Part shown: piece after piece, positions 10,078 through 20,232 of the stretch
Layout: each line of letters opens with the position of its first letter
Numbering within the stretch: position 1 is the stretch's first letter
Source of the DNA: an uncultured Candidatus Rokubacteria bacterium
GTDB lineage: Bacteria > Methylomirabilota > Methylomirabilia > Rokubacteriales > DASRDR01
Assembly (NCBI GenBank): GCA_963805625.1
Contig: CAWDVE010000004.1
Coordinates: 1 to 64,000, forward strand
Direction: 5' to 3'
Length of the DNA stretch: 64,000 nt
Notes under the pieces: model-generated
Database searches by the model: none
The model's input: only the letters and a program-made list of their open reading frames with translations
Told to the model about the DNA's origin: nothing
Translations under genes and position numbers: made by a program

Positions 10078-10931
10078 GCCCGCAGCCTGGCACGGGAACA
10101 CTGCGCGCGCCGCGCCAGGCGGCCGGGTCGACGGCGGTCCCGGGGGGTGGCAAGCCCGACGAGACGCCCCTCCTCGAGGTGGACGGCATCAGCGTTCGCT
10201 TCGGTGCCGTCCATGCGCTCACGCAGGTCAGCCTCGACGTGCGACGCGGCGAGATCCTGGCCATCATCGGCCCGAACGGGGCGGGGAAGACGACGCTCCT
10301 CAACGTCATCAGCGGTTTCTACCATCCCCACGAGGGCCGGATCCTCTTCGAGGGTCGTGACCGGACACGACTGCGGGCGCCCGACGTCGCCGCACTCGGT
10401 CTCGCCCGGACGTTTCAGAACGTCGCCCTCTTCAGGGGCATGACGGTGCTCGACAACATCATGACCGGGCGGCTCCTCCGGATGCACGGGAGCTTCCTGT
10501 GGGAGGCCCTCTACTGGGGGCCCGCCCGGCGGCAGGAGATCGAGCACCGGGCCTTCGTCGAGCGGATCATCGACTTCCTCGAGATCCAGGCGATCCGGAA
10601 GACGCCGGCCGGGCGGCTCCCGTACGGGCTGCAGAAGCGCGTGGAGCTGGCCCGCGCGCTCGCGGCCGAGCCGACGCTCTTGCTCCTGGACGAGCCGATG
10701 GCCGGCATGAACGTCGAGGAGAAAGAGGACATGTGCCGCTTCATCCTCGACGTCAACGACGAGTTCGGCACCACCATCGCGCTGATCGAGCACGACATGA
10801 GCGTCGTCATGGACATCTCGGACCGGGTAGCCGTGCTCGACTACGGGCGCAAGATCGCCGAGGGTCCGCCGGACGTGGTTCGAGCCGACCCGGCGGTGAT
10901 CCACGCGTACCTCGGGGTCGCCCACGCGTGA
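10074..10931 (+). CDS. Liv-type ABC transporter ATP-binding protein (LivG-like)
   Basis: Walker A GPNGAGKTT, LPYGLQKRVELARAL and LLLDEP. Confidence 0.93.
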   Translation: MSPQPGTGTLRAPRQAAGSTAVPGGGKPDETPLLEVDGISVRFGAVHALTQVSLDVRRGEILAIIGPNGAGKTTLLNVISGFYHPHEGRILFEGRDRTRLRAPDVAALGLARTFQNVALFRGMTVLDNIMTGRLLRMHGSFLWEALYWGPARRQEIEHRAFVERIIDFLEIQAIRKTPAGRLPYGLQKRVELARALAAEPTLLLLDEPMAGMNVEEKEDMCRFILDVNDEFGTTIALIEHDMSVVMDISDRVAVLDYGRKIAEGPPDVVRADPAVIHAYLGVAHA

Positions 10932-11021
10932 GCCGCCGTCTGCGGAGCGACGCGCCGTGACCGGCCGCGGGGTCATGGAGGGGGCCATGGGGCCCCGGAT
11001 CTCGGGGGAGGGCTGACCTCG

Positions 11022-11957
11022 GTGGAGATCGCCCGCGCGGTGCTGGTCGCGCCGTTTGCCGACATGGTGGCCAACCCGGCCTTCCTGGCCGAGGTGCTCA
11101 TCGGCGGGATCGCGGCCGGCCTCATGTACTCGCTGGTGGCCCTCGGGTTCGTTCTGATCTTCAAAGCCTCCGGTGTCTTCAACTTCGCCCAGGGCGCCTT
11201 GGTGCTCTTCTCCGCCCTCACGCTGGTCGGTCTCATAGAACGCGGGGTGCCGGTCTGGCTCGCGCTCGGGCTGACCATGGCCGTGATGGTGGCCCTGGCC
11301 TTCGCGATCGAGCGCGTGGTGCTCCGCCCGCTGGTCAACCAAGAGGCCATCATCCTGTTCATGGCGACCATCGGGCTGAACTTCTTCCTCGAAGGATTCG
11401 GCGAGATGGTCTGGGGCGCCAACGTCAAGAAGCTCGACGTGGGCATCCCCGACACCTCGTTCGCCGTCCGCGGCGTCCTCGTAAACCGGCTGGAGCTGAC
11501 CGCGGCGATCACGGCCGGCGTGCTGGTGACCATCCTGGCGGTCTTCTTCCAGCGGACCCGCATCGGGCGCGCCCTCCGGGCGGTGGCCGACGATCACGAA
11601 GCGGCGCTGTCGATCGGCATCCCGCTCAAGACGATCTGGGTGGTCGTGTGGTCGGTGTCGGGGCTCGTGGCGCTCGCGGCCGGCGTCATGTGGGGCGCCA
11701 AGAGCGGGGTCCAGTTCTCCCTTTCGCTCATCGCCCTTAAGGCGCTCCCGGTCCTGATTCTCGGCGGGTTCACCTCGGTACCCGGGGCGATCGCGGGCGG
11801 TCTCATCATCGGCGTGGGGGAAAAGCTGGGCGAGGTCTACTGGGGGCCGCTCGTGGGCGGCGCCATCGAGAACTGGTTCGCCTACGTGCTGGCGCTGGTG
11901 TTCCTGATCTTCCGGCCGCAGGGCCTCTTCGGCGAGAAGATCATCGAGCGGGTGTGA
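11022..11957 (+). CDS. Liv-type ABC transporter permease (LivH-like); start may be 11064
   Basis: YSLVALGFVLIFKASGVFNFAQG and TRIGRALRAVAD. Confidence 0.92.
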   Translation: MEIARAVLVAPFADMVANPAFLAEVLIGGIAAGLMYSLVALGFVLIFKASGVFNFAQGALVLFSALTLVGLIERGVPVWLALGLTMAVMVALAFAIERVVLRPLVNQEAIILFMATIGLNFFLEGFGEMVWGANVKKLDVGIPDTSFAVRGVLVNRLELTAAITAGVLVTILAVFFQRTRIGRALRAVADDHEAALSIGIPLKTIWVVVWSVSGLVALAAGVMWGAKSGVQFSLSLIALKALPVLILGGFTSVPGAIAGGLIIGVGEKLGEVYWGPLVGGAIENWFAYVLALVFLIFRPQGLFGEKIIERV

Positions 11958-11961
11958 GCGC

Positions 11962-13038
11962 GTGATCTACCGTGAGGCCGGACAGTTCAAGACCAGCTAC
12001 GTCAGCGATCAGGCGATCTTCCCCATCGTGCAGGATCGGTGGGTCGCCGCCCTGGTGCTCGTGGCCGCCGTCCTGGTGCCGCCTCTGGTGGCCAACGACT
12101 ACTGGCTTCAGGCGATTCTCATCCCGTTCCTGGTCTATGCCCTGGCGGCCATCGGGTTGAACCTTCTCACCGGCTACGCCGGGCAGCTGTCGCTCGGGAC
12201 CGGCGGCTTCATGGCCGTGGGGGCGTACTCGGCGTTCAAGCTCACGACCGCGTTCCCGCGGGTGAGCATCCTTCTCGTCTTCTTGGCCTCCGGCCTCATC
12301 GCGGCAGCCGTCGGCCTGGTCTTCGGTCTCCCGAGCCTCCGGATCAAGGGCTTCTACCTCGCGGTCGCCACGCTGGCCGCGCAGTTCTTCCTGATCTGGC
12401 TCTTCAACAAGGTGCCATGGTTCGTGAACTACGCGTCGTCGGGCACGATCACCGCCCCGAACCGAGCCGTGCTGGGGGTGCTGGTGACCGGGCCCAACGC
12501 CACGACTCGCGCCCGCTACCTGGTGGCCCTCGGCTTGGTGGCCGTCTTCGCCCTCGTCGCCAAGAACCTCGTTCGGGGCCGGATCGGTCGGTCCTGGATG
12601 GCCATCCGCGACCGGGACATCGCGGCCGAGATCATCGGCGTGCGGCCGCTCCGGACGAAGCTGCTCGCCTTCGGGATCAGCTCCTTCTACTGCGGGGTGG
12701 CCGGGGCCGAGCTGGTCTTCCTGTTCCTCGGGAGCGCGGAGACCCTGGCCTTCGACATCAACCAGTCGTTCCTGGTCCTCTTCATGGTCATCATCGGAGG
12801 GGTGGGCTCGATCCTCGGCTCGTTCCTCGGGTCCGCGTTCATCATCCTGACCCCGATCCTGCTCACGAACGTCCCCCACTGGCTGGGCATCAAGATGCCG
12901 ATCGCGCTGCAGAAAGAGGTCGAGTTGATGGTGTTCGGCGGGCTCATCATTTTCTTCCTGATCGTCGAGCCGCACGGGCTGGCGCGGCTCTGGCAGATCG
13001 CCAAGGAAAAGCTCCGCATGTGGCCCTTCCCGTACTGA
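11962..13038 (+). CDS. Liv-type ABC transporter permease (LivM-like)
   Basis: MIYREAGQFKTSY, GLNLLTGYAGQLSLG, LRIKGFYLAVATLA and GRSWMAIRD. Confidence 0.92.
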   Translation: MIYREAGQFKTSYVSDQAIFPIVQDRWVAALVLVAAVLVPPLVANDYWLQAILIPFLVYALAAIGLNLLTGYAGQLSLGTGGFMAVGAYSAFKLTTAFPRVSILLVFLASGLIAAAVGLVFGLPSLRIKGFYLAVATLAAQFFLIWLFNKVPWFVNYASSGTITAPNRAVLGVLVTGPNATTRARYLVALGLVAVFALVAKNLVRGRIGRSWMAIRDRDIAAEIIGVRPLRTKLLAFGISSFYCGVAGAELVFLFLGSAETLAFDINQSFLVLFMVIIGGVGSILGSFLGSAFIILTPILLTNVPHWLGIKMPIALQKEVELMVFGGLIIFFLIVEPHGLARLWQIAKEKLRMWPFPY

Positions 13039-13097
13039 GGACGGAAGTTCCGGTGCGATTCCGTGCACTGTCCCCAACCACCGAGAAGGAGGTCAAC

Positions 13098-14417
13098 ATG
13101 AAGCGACGTGCCCTCTTGATCACCGTGCTGACCGCGGCCGTGGCGTTGGGATCGTGGACGCCGGCACCGGCCCAGGACAAGACGATCTTCATGCCACTTC
13201 TGGTATACCGGACCGGTGCCTTCGCGCCGGGCGGCGTCCCGATCGCCAACGGCGTTATCGACTACTTCACCCTCGTGAACGAGCGCGACGGCGGGATCAA
13301 CGGGGTCAAGCTCGTGTTCGAGGAGTGCGAGACGCAGTACGACACCAAGCAGGGCGTGGAGTGCTACGAGCGCCTGAAGGCGAAGGGCCCGGTGGTCGTC
13401 AATCCGTACAGCACCGGCATCACCTACCAGCTCATCCCCAAGGCGCCGGTCGACAAGGTCGTCGTCCACTCGATGGGCTACGGGATGACGGCCTCCGCCG
13501 ACGGCCGCTGGTTCCCGTGGGTGTTCAACTTCCCGATGACCTACTGGAGCCAGGCGTCGGCCTTCGTCAAGTACGTGGGGCAGCAGGAAGGTGGGACCGA
13601 CAAGCTGAAGGGGAAGAAGCTTGTTCACATCTTCCTCAACAGCCCCTACGGCAAGGAGGCGAATCCGACGCTCGAGACCCTGTCCAAGCAGCTTGGCTTC
13701 GACCTGACGCTGCTCGCTGTCGATCCTCCGGGGCAGGAGCAGAAGGCAACCTGGCTCCAGGTCCGCCGGATCAATCCGGACTGGATCTACATCTCAGGCT
13801 GGGGCGTGATGAACCAGGTGGCGATCAAGGAGGCGGCCGCCCACGGGATGAAAATGGACCACGTGGTCGGCAACTGGTGGACGGGGACTGAGATCGACGT
13901 CATCCCGGCGGGCGACGCCGCGAAAGGCTACAAGTCCCTGACCTTCACCGCCCCTGGCGCGGGCTTCAAGGTTCACCAGGACATCAACAAGTTCATCTAC
14001 GAGAAGGGGCAAGGTGCCGGCAGGCGCGACGGCATCGGCGAGGTGCTGTACAACCGCGGGGTGGTCAACGCGATGCTTAACGTCGAGGCCATCCGCACGG
14101 CGATGGTGAAATACGGCAACAAGCCCCTCACCGGCGAGCAGGTCCGCTGGGGATACGAGCACCTGAACCTCACCGAGCAGCGGCTCGAGCAGCTCGGCAT
14201 GAAGGGGCTCCTGCGCCCGCTCAGGGTCACCTGCGAGAACCATGAGGGCATCGGTGGCATGATGCAGATCCAGCAGTGGGACAGCAAGAAGTGGAACATC
14301 GTCTCCGACTGGATCGAGCCCATGCGCGAGGTGGTCCGGCCCAAGTTGGAGGAAGCGGCGGTCGAGGAGGCCAAGAAGCTGGGCTACACGATGCGCGATT
14401 GCTCCAAGGAAGGCTAG
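13098..14417 (+). CDS. Liv-type ABC transporter substrate-binding protein
   Basis: AAGGAGG RBS, Sec signal MKRRALL..., and YRTGAFAPGG...DYFTLVNERDGGINGVKL...ECETQY. Confidence 0.92.
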   Translation: MKRRALLITVLTAAVALGSWTPAPAQDKTIFMPLLVYRTGAFAPGGVPIANGVIDYFTLVNERDGGINGVKLVFEECETQYDTKQGVECYERLKAKGPVVVNPYSTGITYQLIPKAPVDKVVVHSMGYGMTASADGRWFPWVFNFPMTYWSQASAFVKYVGQQEGGTDKLKGKKLVHIFLNSPYGKEANPTLETLSKQLGFDLTLLAVDPPGQEQKATWLQVRRINPDWIYISGWGVMNQVAIKEAAAHGMKMDHVVGNWWTGTEIDVIPAGDAAKGYKSLTFTAPGAGFKVHQDINKFIYEKGQGAGRRDGIGEVLYNRGVVNAMLNVEAIRTAMVKYGNKPLTGEQVRWGYEHLNLTEQRLEQLGMKGLLRPLRVTCENHEGIGGMMQIQQWDSKKWNIVSDWIEPMREVVRPKLEEAAVEEAKKLGYTMRDCSKEG

Positions 14418-14564
14418 CAGCGACGTGACGGCCACGGTCTCGCGGGCCCTGTCACCGGCTCGCCCCGGACGCGCCGGGGGCCTCCCACTTCGCCCCCGGC
14501 CCGCCGGGGCCCTCGCCGGCGTCAGCCGTGAGCCCGCGGCCGTCATGCCGCGTCGTCGACTTAC

Positions 14565-15380
14565 GTGAGCGAGAACGGGAAGTCGCTGCTGACGGTCAAT
14601 AACATCGAGGTCATCTACGACCATGTGATCCTCGTGCTCAAGGGGGTCTCGCTTCACGTGCCCGAGGGGGGGATCGTCGCTCTTCTCGGGGCCAACGGCG
14701 CTGGGAAGAGCACGACGCTCAAGGCTATTTCGGGTCTCCTCCGGACGGAGCGTGGCGAGGTGACCAAGGGCGCGGTCGAGTTTCTCCAATCTCCTATCCA
14801 CCGCCGGGACCCGGCGGCTATCGTCCGGCTCGGCGTCGCGCAGGTAATGGAGGGGCGCCACGTCTTCGAGCACCTCACGGTCGAGGAGAACCTCTTGGCC
14901 GGCGCCTACACGCGCCGGAACAGGCGGGCGATCGCGGATGACCTCGAGCGCGTCTACCGGTACTTTCCCCGTCTCAAGGAGCGGCGCACGGTGCGAGCGG
15001 GATACGTGTCGGGTGGCGAGCAGCAGATGCTGGCGATCGGGCGGGCGCTGATGGCGCGCCCCCGCCTGGTGCTGCTCGACGAACCGTCCATGGGCCTGGC
15101 CCCGATGCTGGTGCAGGAGATCTTCGAGATCGTCAGCCGCCTGAACCGGGAGGAGAAGGTGGCCGTCCTGCTCGCCGAGCAGAACGCGTCCATGGCGCTC
15201 AGCTTCGCCCAGTACGCGTACGTGATGGAGAGCGGGCGGATCGTGCTGGACGGGGACGCCCGCACCATCAGCGAGAACGAGGATGTGAAGGAGTTCTACC
15301 TCGGGCTCTCCGGGGTCGGCCAACGGAAGAGCTACCGGGACGTCAAGCACTACCGACGCCGCAAGCGCTGGCTCTCATGA
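14565..15380 (+). CDS. Liv-type ABC transporter ATP-binding protein (LivF-like)
   Basis: GANGAGKST, SGGEQQMLAIGRAL and LDEPSMGLAP; C-terminal YRRRKRWLS. Confidence 0.93.
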   Translation: MSENGKSLLTVNNIEVIYDHVILVLKGVSLHVPEGGIVALLGANGAGKSTTLKAISGLLRTERGEVTKGAVEFLQSPIHRRDPAAIVRLGVAQVMEGRHVFEHLTVEENLLAGAYTRRNRRAIADDLERVYRYFPRLKERRTVRAGYVSGGEQQMLAIGRALMARPRLVLLDEPSMGLAPMLVQEIFEIVSRLNREEKVAVLLAEQNASMALSFAQYAYVMESGRIVLDGDARTISENEDVKEFYLGLSGVGQRKSYRDVKHYRRRKRWLS

Positions 15381-16711
15381 CCGGAGTCCTGCGGCGGGGA
15401 GGTCGTTTGCCCGGTCCCCTGGCGGCTGAGGGTGCCATGGCGCGAGCGGACCGCCTGCGCGGTTACTACGACCGGAAGCGCGAGACGATGGGGGCCCGGG
15501 CACGCCGGGTCTACCAGGATGGGTGGGTGCGGGCGCTCGTGGCCCATGCCTGGCGGCGCGCGCCGGGTGTGCGCCGGCGGATGGAGGCTGCGGGGCTCCG
15601 GCCGGCCGTGGTGCGGAGGCTGGCCGACCTCGCCCGCCTGCCGGTCATGAAGAAGTCGGCGATGCCGGATTTGCAGCGCACGGATCCGCCCTTCGGGGGT
15701 TTCTGTGCGGTGCCATTGACGGATCTGGGCTGGGTGTTCGTGTCGCCGGGGCCGATCTACGAGCCGTTCGCACGGCGGGACTGGAGTCCGTGGCGCGCGG
15801 AGACGGCCGCCTACGCCGGCGGCTTCCGGCCCGGAGACGTCGTCGTCAACACGTTTCTCTATCATCTGACGCCGGCGGCCCACCTTTTCGACCGCGGGCT
15901 GGCCCTGCTCGGCTGCACCGTGGTTCCGACCGGTCCCGGGAACGTCGAGGTGCAGGTCAGGACCATCATCGATCTCGCCGTCACGGGCTACGTTGGCACC
16001 CCGTCGTTTCTGCTGGCGATCCTCAAGCATGCCGACGAGAAGGGGCTTGGGCGGCTTCCCCTCGAGGTCGCCCAGGTCGGGGCCGAGGCCTTGCCGCCCT
16101 CGCTCCGGCGGGCCATCGAGACCGACCACGGGATCCTCACGCGCCAGGGCTTCGGCACGGCGGATCTCGGGATCATCGCCTACGAGTGCCGGGAAGCCGA
16201 CGGGATGCACGTCATGGAGGACGTCGTCCTCGAGATCTGCGATCCCGAGACCGGCGCGCCGCTGCCTGCGGGCGAGACCGGCGAAATCGTCTGCACCGTC
16301 AACCATCGCGCCTATCCCATGATCCGCTTCGGCACCGGCGACCTCTCGGTCGTCACCGAGGCGCCGTGCCCGTGCGGACGCACCGCGCCGCGCATGCTCG
16401 GCTGGCGCGGCCGTGTGGACGAGGTGACGAAGGTCCGGGGCATGTTCGTCCACCCGCGCCAGGCGGATGAGATCGCCGCCCGGTTCCCGGCGGTGGCCCG
16501 CTGGCAGGTGGTCGTGACCCGAGAAGGCCACCAGGACGGGCTCGAGTTCCACGTCGAGCTGGCGCCCGGGGCCAGCGCGGAGCAGGTGAGCGTCGGCATG
16601 GTCGAGGCCATCCGGGACGTGATGAAGCTCCGGGGTGAGATCCGGATCGTTGCGCCCGGGACGATTCTCCCGAACGCGAAGAAGATCGACGATCGGCGGA
16701 AGTGGGACTGA
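15377..16711 (+). CDS. Phenylacetate--CoA ligase family protein (PaaK-like); alternative start 15437
   Basis: FVSPGPIYEP, YVGTPSFL, QGFGTADLG, YPMIRFGTGD and KVRGMFVHP. Confidence 0.88.
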   Translation: MTGVLRRGGRLPGPLAAEGAMARADRLRGYYDRKRETMGARARRVYQDGWVRALVAHAWRRAPGVRRRMEAAGLRPAVVRRLADLARLPVMKKSAMPDLQRTDPPFGGFCAVPLTDLGWVFVSPGPIYEPFARRDWSPWRAETAAYAGGFRPGDVVVNTFLYHLTPAAHLFDRGLALLGCTVVPTGPGNVEVQVRTIIDLAVTGYVGTPSFLLAILKHADEKGLGRLPLEVAQVGAEALPPSLRRAIETDHGILTRQGFGTADLGIIAYECREADGMHVMEDVVLEICDPETGAPLPAGETGEIVCTVNHRAYPMIRFGTGDLSVVTEAPCPCGRTAPRMLGWRGRVDEVTKVRGMFVHPRQADEIAARFPAVARWQVVVTREGHQDGLEFHVELAPGASAEQVSVGMVEAIRDVMKLRGEIRIVAPGTILPNAKKIDDRRKWD

Positions 16712-16769
16712 ACGGCCGTGAGCCGGTCGCTTGGCCGGTGCGCGCCTGATCCACGCGAGGGGAGGAGCA

Positions 16770-17318
16770 GTGACGCGACGCACGGCGCTTGCGGCGGTAC
16801 TGGGGCTCGCGGTGAGTTTCTGCCCGGCGACCCGTGCGGCCGTGCCCGACGTCGACATGGCCGACATCCGGCGGCTCGCGCGAGAGCCCGTCGAAACCAT
16901 CTTCTCGGGGACGCCCGTTGGCCGGGTCTCCGACGCCGACTACTGGAAGACGGTGCGAGGAAGCACGAGGCCGGTCGTGGTCGTCTTCTACGCCAACCAT
17001 GACGAGCGGTCGCGCAACCTCGCGACCCTGGCCCGCTACTTGGCCTTCGAGTTCAACGAGGTCGTCGCGTTCTACGGCTACCGCGTGACCGAGAGCGCGA
17101 AGGTGGAGAGTCACGCAGTCGAGGCGCTTCAGAAGCGATACGGGGTCAGGAAGGTCCCGGCGTCCCTCTTCTACGACAATGACCGAGGCAAGATGGAGCT
17201 CGAGCGGACCGACTACTCCGTCCCGGCGCTTCTCGAGTACCGGACCCCGAGCCTGCTCTTCTGGAAGACGTACCATCAGGCCATTCGCGAGTACATCCAG
17301 AAGAACATCCTGGACTGA
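16770..17318 (+). CDS. Exported thioredoxin-fold protein lacking the CxxC motif
   Basis: GGAGGA RBS with GTG start and signal peptide. VSDADYWKTV..RPVVVVFYANHDERS..YGVRKVPASLFY parallels the thioredoxin pattern. Confidence 0.6.
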   Translation: MTRRTALAAVLGLAVSFCPATRAAVPDVDMADIRRLAREPVETIFSGTPVGRVSDADYWKTVRGSTRPVVVVFYANHDERSRNLATLARYLAFEFNEVVAFYGYRVTESAKVESHAVEALQKRYGVRKVPASLFYDNDRGKMELERTDYSVPALLEYRTPSLLFWKTYHQAIREYIQKNILD

Positions 17319-17336
17319 GCCACGGACCCGATCTCG

Positions 17337-17990
17337 ATGAGCGACAGGTCGGACGCCTTCGAGCGCGCCCTCCGGCTCGAGCCGGGCCGGGTAGCCCTGC
17401 TCGTGGTCGACATGCAGCGGGGCTTCCTCGACCCTGGGGCGGCGACGGAGGTGCCGGAGGCGCGCGCGATCGTGCCGACCGTGGCCGGCCTGATCGCGCT
17501 GTTCCGGCGGGCGGGCCTGCCCGTGGCCTTCAGCCAGTTCGTCTACTCGCCGGCGGTGCCGCTCCTCGTGGGCGACCTCCATCCGGAGCATCGGCCGGCG
17601 GTGCCCGGCGCCCCGACGGGGTTCGGCCGGCCCTCGTCCTCGTGCCTCGCGGGCGACCCGAGCGTCGACGTGGTGCCGGAGCTCGCCCCGACACCCGGGG
17701 AGCTGGCGGTCCGGAAGCACTGGTACGACGCCTTCGCGGGCAGCCCGCTCGACGGGGCGCTTCGGGCGCAGGGCGTCCACGCGTTGGTCGTGACCGGCAC
17801 CATGACCGACATCTGCGTCCTCGCGACCGTCGTGGGCGCGTTCAACCGCGAGTACCGGGTGACTGTGGTGGAGGATGGGGTGGCGACCCTCTGGCCGGAG
17901 ATCCAGCAGGCCACCCTCGACATCGTTCGCCGGGCCTACGGTCGGGTGGTGCCGGCGAAGGTCGTCGCAGACGAGATCGCGGCATCGTGA
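17337..17990 (+). CDS. Isochorismatase-family cysteine hydrolase
   Basis: ALLVVDMQRGF, RKHWYDAF and GTMTDICVLAT (Asp-Lys-Cys triad). Confidence 0.92.
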   Translation: MSDRSDAFERALRLEPGRVALLVVDMQRGFLDPGAATEVPEARAIVPTVAGLIALFRRAGLPVAFSQFVYSPAVPLLVGDLHPEHRPAVPGAPTGFGRPSSSCLAGDPSVDVVPELAPTPGELAVRKHWYDAFAGSPLDGALRAQGVHALVVTGTMTDICVLATVVGAFNREYRVTVVEDGVATLWPEIQQATLDIVRRAYGRVVPAKVVADEIAAS

Positions 17991-18125
17991 GAGTGGCGGG
18001 GCCGCGGCCGACTGCGAGGCTTGCGCGGGGCCCCTGCCGTGGAGTATAGAGAGGCCACTCGAACCACTCCACGGCCGACACTCTGACACCAAGCAGGCCA
18101 ACACCCGACAAGGGAGGAGCTGACG

Positions 18126-19430
18126 ATGGCGGAACGCTGGCGGGATGAGGCGTGGGCCCGCGACCTGTGGTGGAGCGGCAAGACAACCCGCCGGCGGTTC
18201 CTCGGCCTGTCGGTGGGCGCGGCGGGGACTCTCGGGGCGACGATGCTCGTCCCGTCCCCGTGGCGGGAGGCGTTCGGTCAGGCCAAGCCCTTCAAGATCG
18301 GCACGCTCCAGCCCCTGTCCGGAGCGGGCGCGGCCGGCGGCAAGACCGCCCTCGTGGGCACGCAGATGGCGGTCGACCGCATCAACAAGTCGGGCGGGAT
18401 CAGCGGCCGGCCGATCGAGCTGGTGATCGCCGACTACGAGTCCAAGCCTGATGTCGGCCGCCGCAAGGCGGAGAAGCTCCTCGTCGAGGACAAGGTGGAT
18501 GCCCACCAGGGCGGGTTCCTCTCGAACGTGTGCCTCGCGTGTATGCCGGTCTTCGACGAGCACAAGGTCGTCAACATGATCGGGGTGTGCCTCGACACCA
18601 CGATCACGACGACCAAGTGCAGCCGCTACACCTTCCGGCCGTTCGACTACGCACCGGCGCAGGCGGTCGCGTTCGCGCCGTACCTGGTCAACAAGCTGGG
18701 CAAGCGGTGGCACATCGCGTACGCCGATTACGCGTGGGGACAATCCACCCGCGACGCCTACACCGAGCAGATTTCGAAGGCCGGCGGCTCCGTCGTCGAG
18801 ACCACGGGCATCCCGCTCGGGACGGCGGACATGACGCCGTTCCTGTCGAAGATCACCGGCAACTTCGACGGGCTCTTCGGCATCTTCTTCGGCAAGGACG
18901 GAGTGACCATCGGCAATCAGGCCTTCGACCTCGGTCTCACCAAGAAGTACAAGTGGGCGGGTGACGGGGCCATCGCCGAGGCCACCAACCTGCCGGCCCT
19001 GGGGAACAAGATCGAGGGGTTCGTTGGCATCAACCGGTACGTGCCGGTCCTGGAGGGGCCCCTCAACACGCCTTCCCACAAGAAGTTCTTCGACGACGCG
19101 GTCGTGCGGCTCAAGCAGATCGATCCGACCGGCCCGCTCCCCGACCGCTACGTGCAGTCCAATTTCGAGGCGATGAACACCCTCAAGCTCGGCATGCAGA
19201 AGTCCGGCTTCCAGGGCCGCCAGGACACCATGAAGCTGATCGCGGCGCTGGAGGGGCTGGAGATGAAGGAAGGGGACGACTTCCCGCAAGGCGACAAGAC
19301 CCTCCGGCGGGAGGACCACCAGGCGTTCCTGCGGGAGTTCATCTTCGACATGCGAGGCGGGAAGCACAAGATCCTCGAGGTCATCGCCAAGGAGAAGACG
19401 ATCTTCCCACCGGGCTGCACGTTCGCATAG
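18126..19430 (+). CDS. Liv-type ABC transporter substrate-binding protein, Tat signal
   Basis: TRRRFL, KIGTLQPLSG, INKSGGISGRPIEL and DYAWGQS. Confidence 0.9.
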   Translation: MAERWRDEAWARDLWWSGKTTRRRFLGLSVGAAGTLGATMLVPSPWREAFGQAKPFKIGTLQPLSGAGAAGGKTALVGTQMAVDRINKSGGISGRPIELVIADYESKPDVGRRKAEKLLVEDKVDAHQGGFLSNVCLACMPVFDEHKVVNMIGVCLDTTITTTKCSRYTFRPFDYAPAQAVAFAPYLVNKLGKRWHIAYADYAWGQSTRDAYTEQISKAGGSVVETTGIPLGTADMTPFLSKITGNFDGLFGIFFGKDGVTIGNQAFDLGLTKKYKWAGDGAIAEATNLPALGNKIEGFVGINRYVPVLEGPLNTPSHKKFFDDAVVRLKQIDPTGPLPDRYVQSNFEAMNTLKLGMQKSGFQGRQDTMKLIAALEGLEMKEGDDFPQGDKTLRREDHQAFLREFIFDMRGGKHKILEVIAKEKTIFPPGCTFA

Positions 19431-19440
19431 CGCGGTCCGC

Positions 19441-20232
19441 GTGACCGACGCGCGCGTCGGCGGGGCGGCGTCTCGGCTCGAATCGGGGACCGCCTCGCCG
19501 ACCATCCTCCGTACCGAGAACCTGACCGTGCGGTTCGGGGGCCTCACGGCCCTCAACCAGGTCTCGCTCGCCGTGGCGCGCGGGGAGATCCGCGCCGTCA
19601 TCGGTCCGAACGGGGCGGGAAAGTCCACCCTGTTCAACTGCCTGACCGGCGTGCTGCGCCCGACCGAGGGCCGGATCGTCCTCGACGGCGAGGACATCGC
19701 GGGGCTTCCGCCTCACGCCATCTCGCACAAGGGCATCGCGCGGAGCTACCAGATCACCAACATCCTGCCGGGCGCCTCGGTGCTGGAGAACGTGCGGATC
19801 GCGGCCCAGTCGCGCCGCCACGGCTGGGGCCTCTGGCGCCACCACCTCGCGTACGCCGATCTCGTGGAGCGGAGCCGTCGAGTGCTGGCGGCGGTCGGCC
19901 TCGAGGACAAGGAGGAGGAGCTGGCCGCGAACCTCTCGCACGGGGAGCAGCGCACCCTCGAGATTGGCATCGCGCTTGCGACCGAGCCGCGGCTCCTGTG
20001 TCTCGACGAGCCGACCGCCGGCATGAGCGCGGCGGAGACCCGCGCGACCGTGGACCTCGTCCGCCGGATCGCCGTCGACTACACGATTCTCATCGTCGAG
20101 CACGACATGGAGGTCGTGATGGGGCTCGCGCACACCATCACGGTCCTCCATTACGGGGAAGTCCTGGCCGAGGGCACGCCGGCCGAGATCCAGGCCAATG
20201 CCCGCGTCCAGGAGGTGTACCTGAAGACGTGA
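19441..20232 (+). CDS. Liv-type ABC ATP-binding protein (LivG-like)
   Basis: GPNGAGKST, LSHGEQR and LDEPTAG. Confidence 0.93.
   Translation: MTDARVGGAASRLESGTASPTILRTENLTVRFGGLTALNQVSLAVARGEIRAVIGPNGAGKSTLFNCLTGVLRPTEGRIVLDGEDIAGLPPHAISHKGIARSYQITNILPGASVLENVRIAAQSRRHGWGLWRHHLAYADLVERSRRVLAAVGLEDKEEELAANLSHGEQRTLEIGIALATEPRLLCLDEPTAGMSAAETRATVDLVRRIAVDYTILIVEHDMEVVMGLAHTITVLHYGEVLAEGTPAEIQANARVQEVYLKT

Noticed and set aside
12039-14417. Apparent long fusion proteins in the ORF track (also 48851-51475, 57536-59629, 21863-23713, 24051-25925)
   Set aside because: The N-terminal extensions are off-frame read-through of the upstream gene. True starts with an RBS or stop overlap lie downstream.
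16353-19697. 1114-aa minus-strand ORF, and similar long antisense or alternate-frame ORFs (59753-62590, 61006-63270, 29287-31449, 54668-56656)
   Set aside because: They overlap well-supported genes, are Arg/Gly/Pro-rich with no motifs, and are typical shadow ORFs of high-GC DNA.
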